The notes under the pieces were generated by a model. It worked only from the letters and a program-made list of their open reading frames with translations, made no database searches and had not been told where the DNA came from. A DNA stretch of 64,000 bases from Octopus sinensis (Eukaryota): positions 112,716,001-112,780,000 of the forward strand of contig NC_043001.1 in NCBI RefSeq assembly GCF_006345805.1. Reading direction: 5' to 3'. A program made the position numbers and the translations under genes. This document shows, piece by piece, positions 24,185 through 36,398 of the stretch; positions within the stretch are counted from its first letter, which is position 1, and the number at the start of each line of letters is the position of its first letter.

Positions 24185-26028
24185 GTTAGCGTATTTATAG
24201 ATAAATAGATGGCAGACATCAAATCTCGCACAAGGAATTAGCTAGAGAAATCACATATGAATACATAATACAAATATACGTACGTACGTGTATGTTTGTT
24301 GTGCATGCTTGTCTAAAATATTAACTTGCTAAGTGTCTCTGTGAAAGTTTGACCATCTGCAGAGTATATGGGAACATTTTCTTGTGTGTGTGTGAGTGTG
24401 TAGTATAAACACTTCTTATGTAGTACGAAATGCGCGTGTGCATGCATACACAGATGTGGGCACTCACACACCCTAATGGAGTTCTAATGATGTTTTCGTT
24501 TTATCGTTTGCTCTTTCATGGCCAGAGAATATTATTCCGTCAAGGAGTAACTAGTCTTGTAGAAACCTGGTCGATGGCTACGGCGATGGAAAGTGTGACA
24601 TTCATACTTTTCCTAATGGCATCAATATCGAAATGATTTAATTTGCAATAAAGAAATAACTGTGGTAAATTCTACATTGCCCATTACCCATAAAAGCGCG
24701 TACACACATAAATATATATCTTAACATAATTAAAATTATTTATCTTCTGTGCAGACCTCTGTTATTTTAAACACATGCCCAAGCAAACCGATGTCGTTAC
24801 CATCCAGATTTTTAATGTTCATGTGTGTATGTGTGCGTGTGTGTGTGTGCGTGCGTATGTGTTAGCGCTCACTTCATCACACACACATACCTCCGCGCGC
24901 ACATACACACCCTCTCATACACACACCTGTACGCCCGATGGATAAAGTTCTTTGATTACTTTCTTGTTGATGAAATGCAATTACTTATAAAGAAAGTACA
25001 TGAAATAATTGTATCACACACACACACACACACAAATGCACACGGAGAGAGGGAGGGAGGGAGAGAGAGATGGGGAAAGGGAGGAAATAGCGAAAGACCG
25101 ATGATCGATCATAGATGATCGATCCTCTTTATCGCTGAATTTGGTAGCAACAACAGCAAGGAGTCATCTAAGGAAACCTAGATGTGGCTTGCTTTAACTG
25201 CTAAAAATCGTAGCTTAACATTTCTCAACTGACATTACTATCTTAAAAAAAAAAAGGGAAGTACATCTGTGCTTTCTTAGACATTGGATATCTAGGACAG
25301 TAATGTAATACCAGATACACTAATCCTGAGAATAAACAGGATTATCACTGCTGGAGACCTTTAAACTAAAAACCTTTTTTAGTAAACACCTGTTGTGATA
25401 ATGACTTCTTTCTCCTTTTCAAAGCTGGTTTTGTGTTAGTAAACAAATGTATAGAAGATCGGTAGTGCATAACTGGTATATCTGATTGATTCTAAACGAA
25501 GGATGAGCAAAATTGACCGTCGATTGTATCTGTGAAACGGCTTTGTATAATATATGTTTTTGGTGAGCAAAAATATGATATTTCTGGATTTATGTTTTCT
25601 CTATGACATGAAATGGTTTCAATCACTCTGATCTTTATTTGTTGTAATGTTATCCCTTATCTCTTCTAATGTTTAAGCTTCCATGAGGAGTGACATTTTG
25701 TTCTAAAGTTCTTAGGTGGTGAATGCACGCTAGTCCGAAACGTCCGATTGATTGTTTCACATCTCCTGGCGACTAAAGTTACCGATACCTATTTAGAAAC
25801 TCATAGATTTGAATTAGGATCTTTGGTTTTCGTCACTGTTTACAATTATCTTTAATTTTTTTTTTTAATGTATCATATAGATGTAATTTTTGACACTGAA
25901 TCCGAATTTCTTATTCATTTATTCTAGAAAAATTTTGCAAAAATGTTGTTACAGGTATTCACAGTTTGATCATTTTCAGAATTTCCAGCCATCGGGGGGA
26001 AGGGGGAATCAGCATGTCAAAACATTAA

Positions 26029-26164
26029 CGCTTTGAGCCCGTAACACCAGTTTACTGGTGAATGGCTCATCTTTCTCAATACCGTAGCATCGTTCAAGCG
26101 GTGGAGTGCGTCTGGCAGCCAGGTATATAGTCAAATCAGGTTCAAGAGATCAAGACTCAAAGGG
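26029..26164. mobile_element. piggyBac-like MITE (136 bp)
   Basis: TTAA|CGCTTTGAGCC ... GACTCAAAGGG|TTAA. Confidence 0.7.
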
Positions 26165-26390
26165 TTAAACTAAGATTTTATAAAATAAATTATCTTTCTC
26201 GTATCTCCTTCTCCCTCTCGTGCGCATGTGCAGCATCTTTGGTTACTGTGGAAGCAGTTCTTTGTTGCAATCAGCTATGTATGCAACACGCGGTGCTTCT
26301 TTGCTTTGGTTACTATGGAAATAGCAATTTTCGCCACGGTGATATGTAAAAACTCGCTTCTGATTGGCTAAAATACCCAAATTTTGCAAT

Positions 26391-26778
26391 TTGTTTCAGT
26401 CATTTGACTGCGGCCATGCTGGAGCACCGCCTTTAGTCGAGTAAATCGACCCCAGGACTTATTCTTTGTAAGCCTAGTACTTATTCTATCGGTCTTTCTT
26501 GCCGATATGGGGACGTAAACACACCAGCATCGGTTGTCAAGCGATGGTGGGGTGGGGGAACAAACACAGACACACAAGCATACACATACACACACACACA
26601 CACATATATTTATATATGACGGGCTTCTTTCAGTTTTTGTCTACCAAATCCACTCAAGGATTTGGTCGGCCCGAGGCTATAATAGAAGACACTTGCCCAA
26701 AGTGCCTCGCAGTGGGACTGAACCCGGAACCATGTGGCTGGTAAGCAAGCTACTTACCACACAGCTACTCCTGCGCCT
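26391..26778 (-). mobile_element. SINE family A
   Basis: Full head-to-tail similarity. Confidence 0.92.
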
Positions 26779-26906
26779 AAATATAACTTTTTAAAATGGA
26801 TTTATAAGAAAAAGGAATTTCGTTTTCATAATTAGTATACATAACTTATCCATATACCAAATTTGAAAACAATTGAAACAAAATTGTAAATAGTGAATTG
26901 TAAATA

Positions 26907-27308
26907 GGCGCAGGAGTGGCTGTGTGGTAAGTAGCTTGCTAACCAACCACATGGTTCCGGGTTCAGTCCCACTGCGTGGCATCTTGGGCAAGTGTCTTCT
27001 GCTATAGCCCCGGGCCGACCAATGCCTTGTGAGTGGATTTGGTAGACGGAAACTGAAAGAAGCCTGTCGTATATATGTATATATATATATGTGTATGTGT
27101 GTGTGTTTGTGTTTGTCCCCCTAGCATTGCTTGACAACCGATGCTGGTGTGTTTACGTCCCCGTCACTTCGCGGTTCGGCAAAAGAGACCGATAGAATAA
27201 GTACTGGGCTTACAAAGAATAAGTCCCGGGGTCGATTTGCTCGACTAAAGGCGGTGCTCCAGCATGGCCGCAGTCAAATGACTGAAACAAGTAAAAGAGT
27301 AAAAGAGT
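26907..27308 (+). mobile_element. SINE family A, young full copy
   Basis: Full head-to-tail similarity. Confidence 0.92.
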
Positions 27309-27777
27309 TAAGAGTGACGAAACCCACAAAGATCCTTGGATTATTTTTGGTATTTCAAGCAACAATATTTAAAGGCTTCCGTCATTAGCTTATTGGGCAT
27401 GAAGAGGGTTAACGGCTACAAGTGATCCTTTTAGGAATTGATGTGAATGCAGCACCGCAACACAGCATGAACGCCCTACCTTTTTTTCTCATTGGTATAT
27501 AACTTACGATTTCATGAATATTGATACTTTCCCGTGTGGTCGTCTATATGACTTGCGGTGTCACACAGAATCAATTATTGTGAAATAGGCCAAGCTTGAT
27601 TTTCCACGTTGGCAAGGGAATTTCGGCGCAGCAAAAAAGTCCAGCTTACTTTTTTTTTTTAGTAAAGCCAGCTCAGTGAATCAAGCCGCAATAAACACAG
27701 CGCAGCAATACTGTCATGTGCTTGCATATACAGGCGATACTAATACCGAAAGAATGCCAATATTCATATATATAAAG

Positions 27778-28146
27778 GGAGGCGCAATGGCCCAGTGGTT
27801 AGGGCAGCGGGCTCGCGATTTCGATTCCCAGACCGGGCGTTGTGAGTGTTTTTTGAGTGAAAACACCTAAAGCTCCACGAGGCTCCGGCAGGGGGTGGTG
27901 GTGATCCTTGCTGTACCCTTTCACCACAACTTTCTCTCACTCTTACTTCCTGTTTCTGTTGTACCTGTATTTCAAAGGGCCGGTCTTGTCACTCTCTGTG
28001 TCACGCTGAATCTCCCCGAGAACTACGTTAAGGGTACACGTGTCTGTGGAGTGCTCAGCCACTTACACGTTAATTTCACGAGCAGGCTGTTCCGTTGATT
28101 CGGATCAACCGGAAACCTCGTCGTCGTAACCGACGGAGTGCTTCCA
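27778..28146 (+). mobile_element. SINE family B with about 13-bp TSD
   Basis: Flanked by CATATATATAAAG and CATATATATATAAAG. Confidence 0.92.
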
Positions 28147-28537
28147 CATATATATATAAAGAGAGCCAGAGAGAGAGAGAGAGAGATGTACACACACGCA
28201 AGTTATACGACAAGGCAGTGATAGTGGTGAGGTGTTCTCATTAGTCGGCAGTTTTGCTTAGCAAGCAACAGCTAGCTTAAGCTACGAAGAAATATATCGA
28301 TATATATAACCACATTTAATGTTCAAGTTAACATTTAATTCGTTTTAATATTATTAAAATTGCTGAATTGAAGTGCGCCCCGTCGTTTCTATATTCTCTT
28401 CTTTGTAAATTCTTCGTCTCATTTTGAACATCTTCGATAAAATAGTTAATTTAGTTAATAATGCAAGGATGATTCTAATATAACTTTATCCAGCTATATA
28501 TGATTTGCATGTGTGTGTGTGTGCTTCCATCTTCTTC

Positions 28538-28573
28538 GAGGTAGTAGTAGCAGTAGTAGTAGTAGCGGTAGTG

Positions 28574-28618
<45 letters not shown>

Positions 28619-28625
28619 GTAGTAT

Positions 28626-28657
<32 letters not shown>

Positions 28658-28664
28658 GTAGTAA

Positions 28665-28699
<35 letters not shown>

Positions 28700-28745
28700 A
28701 TAGTAATAGTAGTAGTAGTAGTAGTAGTAGTAATAGTAGTAGTAA

Positions 28746-28804
<59 letters not shown>

Positions 28805-28935
28805 ATAATAATAATAGTAGTAGTAGTAATAATAGTAGTAGTAGTAATAATAGTAGTAGTAGTAGTATAGTAGTAGTAGTAGTAGTAGTAGTAGAAGTAG
28901 TAGTAGTAGCGGTAGTGGTGGTGGTGGTGGTGTTG
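28538..28935. repeat. (AGT)n array, about 400 bp
   Basis: Direct reading. Confidence 0.97.
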
Positions 28936-28974
28936 GTGGTGAATATTTGCGTATTTTCTTCCTCCTGCATTGCC

Positions 28975-30220
28975 TGTGTGTGTGTGTGTGTGTGCGTACG
29001 TGCTTATGTGTGTATCCTGGAGACATCGGTGTATGTGTGTGTGTGTCTGTGTGTGTGTGTATCTTGGATTACAGTTCTATCTATGGTTAGTGTATTCGCG
29101 TTCGGATATGATCTGTGTGTGTGTGTGAATCTTATCTTGGATATTATGTGTGTGTGTGTGTGTGTGTGTATGTGTGTGTGTTTGTATTCGGATGTGTGTG
29201 TGTGCGTATGAGTTTGTGTCCGGATATCTGTATATATGTATGTTTGCATGTATGTGCGCGCCTATATGTATGTGTATATATGTGTGTGTGTGTGTGTGTG
29301 CGAGCGCGTACATGTGTGTGTATGTGTGTGCGTGCGTGCGTGTGTGCTAGGGTAGATCAGTGTATGTGTCTGTGTGTTTGATATTTCTGGATAGTATATC
29401 TTGGATGCCTGGAAGGTGTATATACTTACGTACATGTGTGTGTTTGTGTGTGGTGTGTGTGTGTGTTTATGTGTGTGTGTGTGTGTGTGAGAGAGAGAGT
29501 GAGAGAGAGAGAGAGAGAGAGAGAAGGCAAGGAAAGTCATAATGTGCACTGATTGGTAACTTTTAATTTGGTCGCCTTTCCTCTTGTATTGCGTGTGTGC
29601 TTTTTTGCTTGCGCGCTCACTTGTGAAAGTCTATGGTAGAGATGCGTGTGTCTGTGTATCCGTTTAAGTGTGTGTGTGTATACGAGGCGCATCTCGTATG
29701 TATTGATAGTTCGTATGCGTGGCTAAGAGAACGTCAGGCAGAAACTGTGTCTGGGTGTACGACGGAATGTGTGTGTGTGTCTCTGTGTGTGTGTGTGTGT
29801 CTGTGTGTGTGTGTGTCTGTATGTGTGTGTCTGTGTGTGTGTGTCTGTATGTGTGTGTCTGTGTGTGTGTGTCTGTATGTGTGTGTCTGTCTGTGTGTGT
29901 GTGTCTATATGTGTCTGTCTGTATGTGTGTGTGTGTGTGTATGAGTGTGTGTGTCTGTGTGTGTGTGTCTATGTGTGTGTCTGTGTGTGTGTGTCTGTAT
30001 GTGTCTGTCTGTCTGTATGTGTGTGTGTGTGTGTGTGAGTGTGTGTGTTTGTTTTCGGATGTGTGTGCATGTCTGTGTGCGCATGTGAGTTTCTGTCCGG
30101 ATATCTGTATGTATGTATGCGGGGATGTATGTGCGCGCCTATATGTGTGTGTGTTTGCGAGCGCGTACATGAGTGTATTTGTGTGTTTGTGCGTGTGTGC
30201 TAGGAGAGATCGGTGTATGT
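28975..30220. repeat. Degenerate (TG)n region containing a duplicated unit of about 200 bp
   Basis: TTCGGATG..TCCGGATATCTGTA..GCGCGCCTATATG..GCGAGCGCGTACAT..GCTAGG.AGATC.GTG at about 29180 and 30050. Confidence 0.8.
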
Positions 30221-31887
30221 GTCTGTATTATTGTAATAGATTTCAGCATTTTTTTAGTTGAAGTCTCGATGGGGTTGACTTTTGCTTTTTTAATCTCCCT
30301 GCTTCACTAAAATAAAGTACTAAATCATATAATTTGTGTTCCTATAAATTTATTGTGAGTTATAAACTCTTGACCTACGGAGGTCTGAACAAAAGGTAAC
30401 AGACTAGTCAGTTGGCATGAGCTTACGATTTTGCCGTAGCCTATTCGACCCGTTAGAGATAAAGAGTGGATCCTTTGGAAAGGAATTGCACCATTTAAAA
30501 AAATAATAAACCGTTCTATTTCTTTTAACCTATTATTCAGACACGCATGTGTGGTAAGCACAAGTTCGCTCGCGCACATGCACGCATACACACACACATA
30601 CACACATTGTCACCTATAACGACGGAATGTCATTTGAATTGTAGCTGAATAAATTAATAAATGCTGATTTCCATCGTCAGGAAACCTCAGGTTCCTGAAA
30701 ATTTACAAAAGTTCTGTTATGTGTGTGTGTGTATGAAAGAGATTGCGAGAGAGAGAGAGAGGGGGGGAAGGGAGGGAGAGAGAGAGATTGAAATGAAAGC
30801 CTGCGTTCACATCTAACTGAATTTGTACCTGTTGAATTGGTTCCTACATTTATTTACCTATTATCAACACATGCACGGGCCTTGGCATATAGCTGATTAC
30901 AACTTCCCACAGTAATTTGGTAGCTATGCAGTTAAACTGTTAAATAAACAGGACACACAAAAGGCTAAAATTATTGCTCATGACAATCGAAATATTATAA
31001 AACTTAAATGTTCGTTCCCATCGGTCTCGTATTTTTTCTTCTGACTTAACCACTCTCCCTCAAACAATGTTGGTTATGTTATAGCAAACGTTGATTAATC
31101 AGGAGAGGGAGTGCTTGTAGCAATGACTTTTGTAAGCCATCCCAGATCGGTGAGGTCAATGTAGCTAATGTTTAATTGTCTAAGAGATGTGCATATGAAA
31201 TATGGTCGAAAATCAACAGCCCAATGCTTAGCTCTTGTTTCTTGATCCGAAGCAGATGAGAATTAAAAATATGTTCGTGGACGGAAGATAAATCTAACAC
31301 TAGTGACAGGTAATGTTTCGGCATTGGTATATGACGTCACTCATGAGTAAGTGTGGGTGCGGCCTGACTGTTCAGCTCTGGTCAATCTTTCGGTAAAAAT
31401 CTATTACATCATAAGTGAGTGTGTCACATGGTGTTTCATCTGCTCGACAGAGGTGAACGGTCAAATTATACTCTCACACGTACTTTATCATGACTGATGT
31501 ATAATAATACTGAGACATTTCCACAGAGACCATTATAGTATCGATGTACAAGATCAGCCAACTCTGTGAGTGTGTTGTCTTTTAATCCAAGGTCTGTCCA
31601 GTTCGACCAAACTTATAATCAAAATTCTTCCAGTCTTACCATCCTGTGTCTTTGCTCTTGGCACAATACATCCAGGACTACATTCTACAATGTGTCATTC
31701 TTTAATAAGGAAACAGGAATTGATGGTCATTTGGTCGATATTTCTAGCATATCGAGAGAACACGTCTTAAGAAGCTCTCTCAAATACATTTGTATGCGTG
31801 TATGTGTGTGTTTCTTGAATCGGGGGAACATTGTAATGAATCTCGCATGTTTTTAGGGTGCATTTATAAAAATGTAGTGAGCGAAAA

Positions 31888-32030
31888 TGGCGGTGGGTGG
31901 CAGAATTAATTGGGTGTCAGACGAAATGCCTTTTGGTAACAAGTTGCTTCTTGTAAATGAGTTCAAATTCTGCAGATTGTCGAAATTTGTATTTCATCCA
32001 CGTACGGTTGATAAAATCAAGTTCCATTAC
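31888..32030 (+). mobile_element. Old SINE C fragment
   Basis: GGCGGTGGGTGGCAGAAT..GAGTTCAAATTC..TTTCATCC..GATAAAAT. Confidence 0.55.
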
Positions 32031-32035
32031 AAGCT

Positions 32036-32526
32036 CTGTAGTGTCCTTGAGCAAGACACTTTATTTCATGTTGCTCCAGTCCACTCAGCTGGCAAAAAGA
32101 GTAGTATCCTATTTCTTTATTACCCACAAGGGGCTAAACATAGAGGGGACAAACAAGGACAGACATAGGTATTAAGTCGATTATATCGACCCCAGTGCGT
32201 AACTGGTACTTAATTTATCGACCCCGAAAGGATGAAAGGCAAAGTTGACCTCGGCGGAATTTGAACTCAGAACGTAATGACAGACGAAATACGGCTACGC
32301 ATTTCGCCCGGCGTGCTAACGTTTCTGCCAGCTCACCGCCTTCAAAAAGAGTAGTATCCGTATTTCAAAGGGCCACATTCTGTGTCACGCTGAATCTCTC
32401 TGAGCACTGCAATTAAGGGTACGCGTGTCTGTGGAGTGCTCAGCCACTTGCACGTTAATTTCACGAGCAAGCTGTTTCGTTGATCGGATCAATTGGAACC
32501 CTCGTCGTTGTAACCGACGGAGTGCT
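32036..32526 (+). mobile_element. Older SINE with a different core plus the family-B tail, split by a SINE C insertion
   Basis: GTGTCCTTGAGCAAGACACTTT..CCACTCAGCTGG core, then the B tail TGTGTCACGCTGAAT..GTAACCGACGGAGTGC. Confidence 0.75.
32110..32342 (-). mobile_element. SINE family C, intact, 17-bp perfect TSD
   Basis: CAAAAAGAGTAGTATCC at 32093-32109 and 32343-32359. Confidence 0.93.
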
Positions 32527-32755
32527 AGTTTTAAAGATGGGATGATTTAATTTAATCGACAGTTTCTTGTCGGCAAAATGTTTGTCATCTCGCCTTAGAA
32601 ATCTGTTAAACGTGTAGTGATGGAAAACTATCTTAGCTATGACCAGCACGCCCTTTTTGTTTATCAAAGATAATACTATCTTGCATTAAATATAGTGACA
32701 TGAAAACTTTCTTTTACTTGAGAGTATCCATACATTTTCTATTGTTTCAAAATTG

Positions 32756-33166
32756 GGATCTTTTCGGTTTGAACGGCAGTTTTTAACATAATTTCTAGGT
32801 AATTAAAAAATTTTAAACTTCGTATACTGGTAGAATGTGTTTATAAAACATCTTTTTCTCTTGGCTTTATTGAGAAAATTCTATAGTTTGTAAGATATTT
32901 GTTGTTGTTTTTCTTCAAGTTCTGCAATTTCAACCAATCAATGACGTCCATTGAGGTAAAAAAACATTCTGTGCCGTATGAATATGTCTCTCGTTTAAGA
33001 AACAGATTGGGTTTATTTACATTTGTGAAGAAAAAAAAGATACCTTCCATCCACCCCTAACCCTAAAACAGATTGAAATGCAATAGATCAATACTAGGGT
33101 CATAATTATGGGTGACAATTTCATATGACACCGCTAGAAAAACTGCCGTTCAAACCGAAATGATCC
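32756..33166 (+). mobile_element. Merlin-like MITE family M1 with 8-bp TSD
   Basis: TSD CAAAATTG (32748-32755, 33167-33174); GGATC...GATCC termini. Confidence 0.9.
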
Positions 33167-33216
33167 CAAAATTGGGCGCAATAAGGACTCTCTATATAGT
33201 TATTAACATTTCCTTA

Positions 33217-33640
33217 AAAAAAATTAAGGTGATGAGCAGGCAAAATCGTTAACCTGTTTGGTTTAGCAGTATTTCATCCGTCTTTAATTTCCGAGTTCAA
33301 ATTCCACCGTAGTCGACTTTACCTATCATCCTTTCGGGGGCCAATAAACTAAGTACCAGTTGAGCCCTGGAGTCTTACTCTTTCCCCCACAAATTTCTGG
33401 TCTTGTGCCAAAATTTGAAACTAATATTTCCTTCAAAATCGTATGCTACCCATATGTATATATAATATATATGTGTGTCTTTCACCTGACTTTACGTTCT
33501 GAGTTCAAATTCCGCCGTGGTCGACTTTACCTTTCATCCTTTCGGAGTCGATAAATTATGTACCAGTTGCGTACTGAGGTCGATCTAATCGACTGACCTC
33601 CGACCCCAAAATTTCGAGCCTTGTGCTTAGAATAGAAAAG
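33217..33640 (+). mobile_element. Two tandem SINE C-type fragments
   Basis: GAGTTCAAATTCC.CCGT.GTCGACTTTACC..TCATCCTTTCGG twice. Confidence 0.8.
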
Positions 33641-33674
33641 AATATGTGTGTATATGTGTGCGCACACACATACA

Positions 33675-33706
<32 letters not shown>

Positions 33707-33926
33707 TTCACATTCACGTGTATAATGTTTATGTACTTAACACGAATTGACTATTTCCGAAAGCTCAATTTTCATAACACTCTCTTTAAAGTGTTCCGCC
33801 ATTTGACCTGAGAGACGGCGTATTTATAAATGGAAGTGTGTGTGTGTGTGTGTGTGTGTAATAAGTGTAACTATGCATTTTATGAGTAATATAATTTGTG
33901 TGAAATTGTCTGTATTATGACTATAC

Positions 33927-33970
<44 letters not shown>

Positions 33971-34213
33971 AGGTGTTATGGGAGGGAATGGTATGAGTAC
34001 AAAATAGACGCGGTGTGAGTGAAAGGAGACGGTAGTGGGGGATTGTGTGCTGTGAAACTGGAGACGTTCTCAGTGCAAACGGGTTTTCACCAAATTGATT
34101 TATACTCTCACACATGTATTCACACGCATACATACAGACACATATTATCATACCTACATACATATATGAATACGTGTGTGTGTATGTGTGTGCTTCTGTG
34201 TACATACAAACAT

Positions 34214-34245
<32 letters not shown>

Positions 34246-34837
34246 ATATATATATATGTAAGTATGTATATATGTAAGTATGTATAAGACTGCATCCTTT
34301 AAAAGGAATCGGGTTTTTAAAGTAGTTTCGAAATGATGCCGTTTAAACATTTGTCATGCTTTTTTTCTTCATCCATATTCCCTTCCTAGAATGAAATCAA
34401 GGCCAGGGGGTTAGTCAGCGGTTAACACGCTGCTTACCGTTGTAAAAAAAAAAAAAAAGTGAAAGTATATAGTCCTAAAAAAAGTAAAAGTAAATTGCGA
34501 TAGCCACCGGAAGTGACTTCAGTGACCTACCAAAATTTCCTAAGAACATAAAAGAAAAAATGCTCTCTCTCTTTCTTTTACTTGAGAATATCCATACATT
34601 TCCTATTGTTTCAACATTTTCATTTACACACAACATATACTCACGTGGGTTCGAGGTCCAGGTTGGCCGCAATAAGGACTCTCTATATAGTTATTAACAT
34701 TTCCTTAAAAAAATTTAAGGTGGCGAGCAGGCAAGATCGTTAACCTGTTGGTTTAGCAGTGTTTCATCCGTCTTTAATTTCCGAGTTCAAATTCCATCGT
34801 GGTCGAGTACCTACATGTGTGATATATTCATTCTGGA

Positions 34838-35191
34838 TGGAAGCACTCCGTCGGTTACGACGACGAGGGTTCTCGTGAAATTAACTTGTAAGTGGCTGAG
34901 CACTCCACAGACACGTGTACCCTTAACGTAGTTCTCGGGGATATTCAGCGTGACACAGAGAGTGACAAGGCCGGTCCCTTGAAATACAGGTACAACAGAA
35001 ACAGGAAGTAAGAGTGAGAGAAAGTTGTGGTGAAAGAGTACAGCAGGGATCACCACCATCCCCTGCCGGAGCCTCGTGGAGCTTTTAGGTGTTTTTGCTC
35101 AATAAATACTCACAACGCCCGGTCTGGGAATCGAAATCGCGATCCTATGACCGCGAGTCCGCTGCCCTAACCACTGGGCCATTGCGCCTCC
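34838..35191 (-). mobile_element. SINE family B with about 9-bp TSD (ATTCATTCT)
   Basis: Full length; TSD-like flanks. Confidence 0.92.
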
Positions 35192-35729
35192 ACACATTCA
35201 TTCTACTGTTGTGTTAAATATTAAAGAAATAACAGCCGAGGTACACCGTTCCAACGTACAATAAATATCCATCAACGAACACCACTGATAAAAGCAAGTC
35301 GATGTCTTGCATGTCAACGCATGATAGCCACTACAGCTACACGCGAGCAATGCAAATAGCCCTGTGCGATAAATGAGCTGTAGAGAAAGAACCGACCGGA
35401 AGATGTAGCGTTGTTCCTGTGGACTCATTCACTTGGACTCTACGAGCTAATTCCCGTTTTTGGAGAAAAGCCATTTTTACTCTGCTAGTAAATCAGTCAA
35501 CTTATGCATTGCTTCTAAAACTATCTGATGTGGCGTACCGGCAGTTTATTTTTTTCCAATATGCCAGAGACCTCACCCAGGGCAGAGCTTTTTAAAATGG
35601 AATGGCGGTGCCCCAGCATGGACACTGCTCGTGAGCTGAAACTAGATAAAATTTTTTAAAAAATAAAAAGACCGGTAATATTTCTTAGTATTAGTAATAT
35701 TAATTTATACTGGAAACGATTTATATAAT

Positions 35730-35872
35730 GTGACGTATATTTGCCATTTAAACATGGCTAACCCCTAAGGGTGGATGCTACTGTAGTTTGTAGCCCCGTC
35801 CTCCTGGGGCTACAAACTACAGTAGCATTCAGCTTAGGGGTTAGCCATGTTTAAATGGCAATTATACGTCAC
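35730..35872. repeat. 143-nt near-perfect inverted repeat with 8-nt loop
   Basis: Arms of 68 and 67 bp; loop GTCCTCCT. Confidence 0.92.
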
Positions 35873-35984
35873 GATGTGTTGCAGCTACTGTTTATAACTC
35901 GCTCTAAGATTTGATATATATAATGAGTATAATAAAAGTTGACAATTTTTTTTTATCACATATTTATTTTTTTCTTTTATTCTT

Positions 35985-36211
35985 TTTCTTCTACTCGTTT
36001 CAGTCATTTGACTGCGGCCATGCTGGAGCACAGCCTTTAGTCGTGCAAATCGACCCCAGGACTTATTCTTTGTAAGCCTAGAACTTATTCTATCGGTCTC
36101 TTTTGCCGAACCGCTAAGTTACGGGGACGTAAGCACACCAGCATCGGTTGTCAAGCGATGTTGGGTGGACAAACACAGACACACAAACACACATTTACCC
36201 CCCCCCCCATT

Positions 36212-36242
<31 letters not shown>

Positions 36243-36398
36243 ACATATATAACGGCGGGCTTCTTTTCAGTTTCCGTCTACCAAATCCACTCACAAGGCT
36301 TAGTTGGCCCGAGGCTATAGTAGAAGACACTTGCCCAAGGTGCCTCGCAGTGGGACTGAACCCGGAACCATGTGGTTGGTAAGCGATCTACTTACCAC
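35985..36398 (-). mobile_element. SINE family A
   Basis: Tail through most of the head. Confidence 0.9.

Noticed and set aside
24519-24636. Possible terminal exon RILFRQGV...ISK* in phase with the 19536 exon
   Set aside because: Mediocre acceptor; a 37-codon open frame is expected by chance
26907-26980. tRNA-like sequences at SINE heads
   Set aside because: A/B-box-like motifs but no complete cloverleaf; they continue directly into SINE bodies
28494-29211. Long poly-S/V/L/Y ORFs (and the many YI, HT, LSIY, poly-M ORFs elsewhere)
   Set aside because: They are translations of microsatellites and are open in several frames on both strands
35260-35377. Possible minus-strand Cys-rich exon (LIYRTGLFALLACSCSG...)
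   Set aside because: Splice sites are plausible, but it is not phase-compatible with the 52760 exon and no homology was recognised
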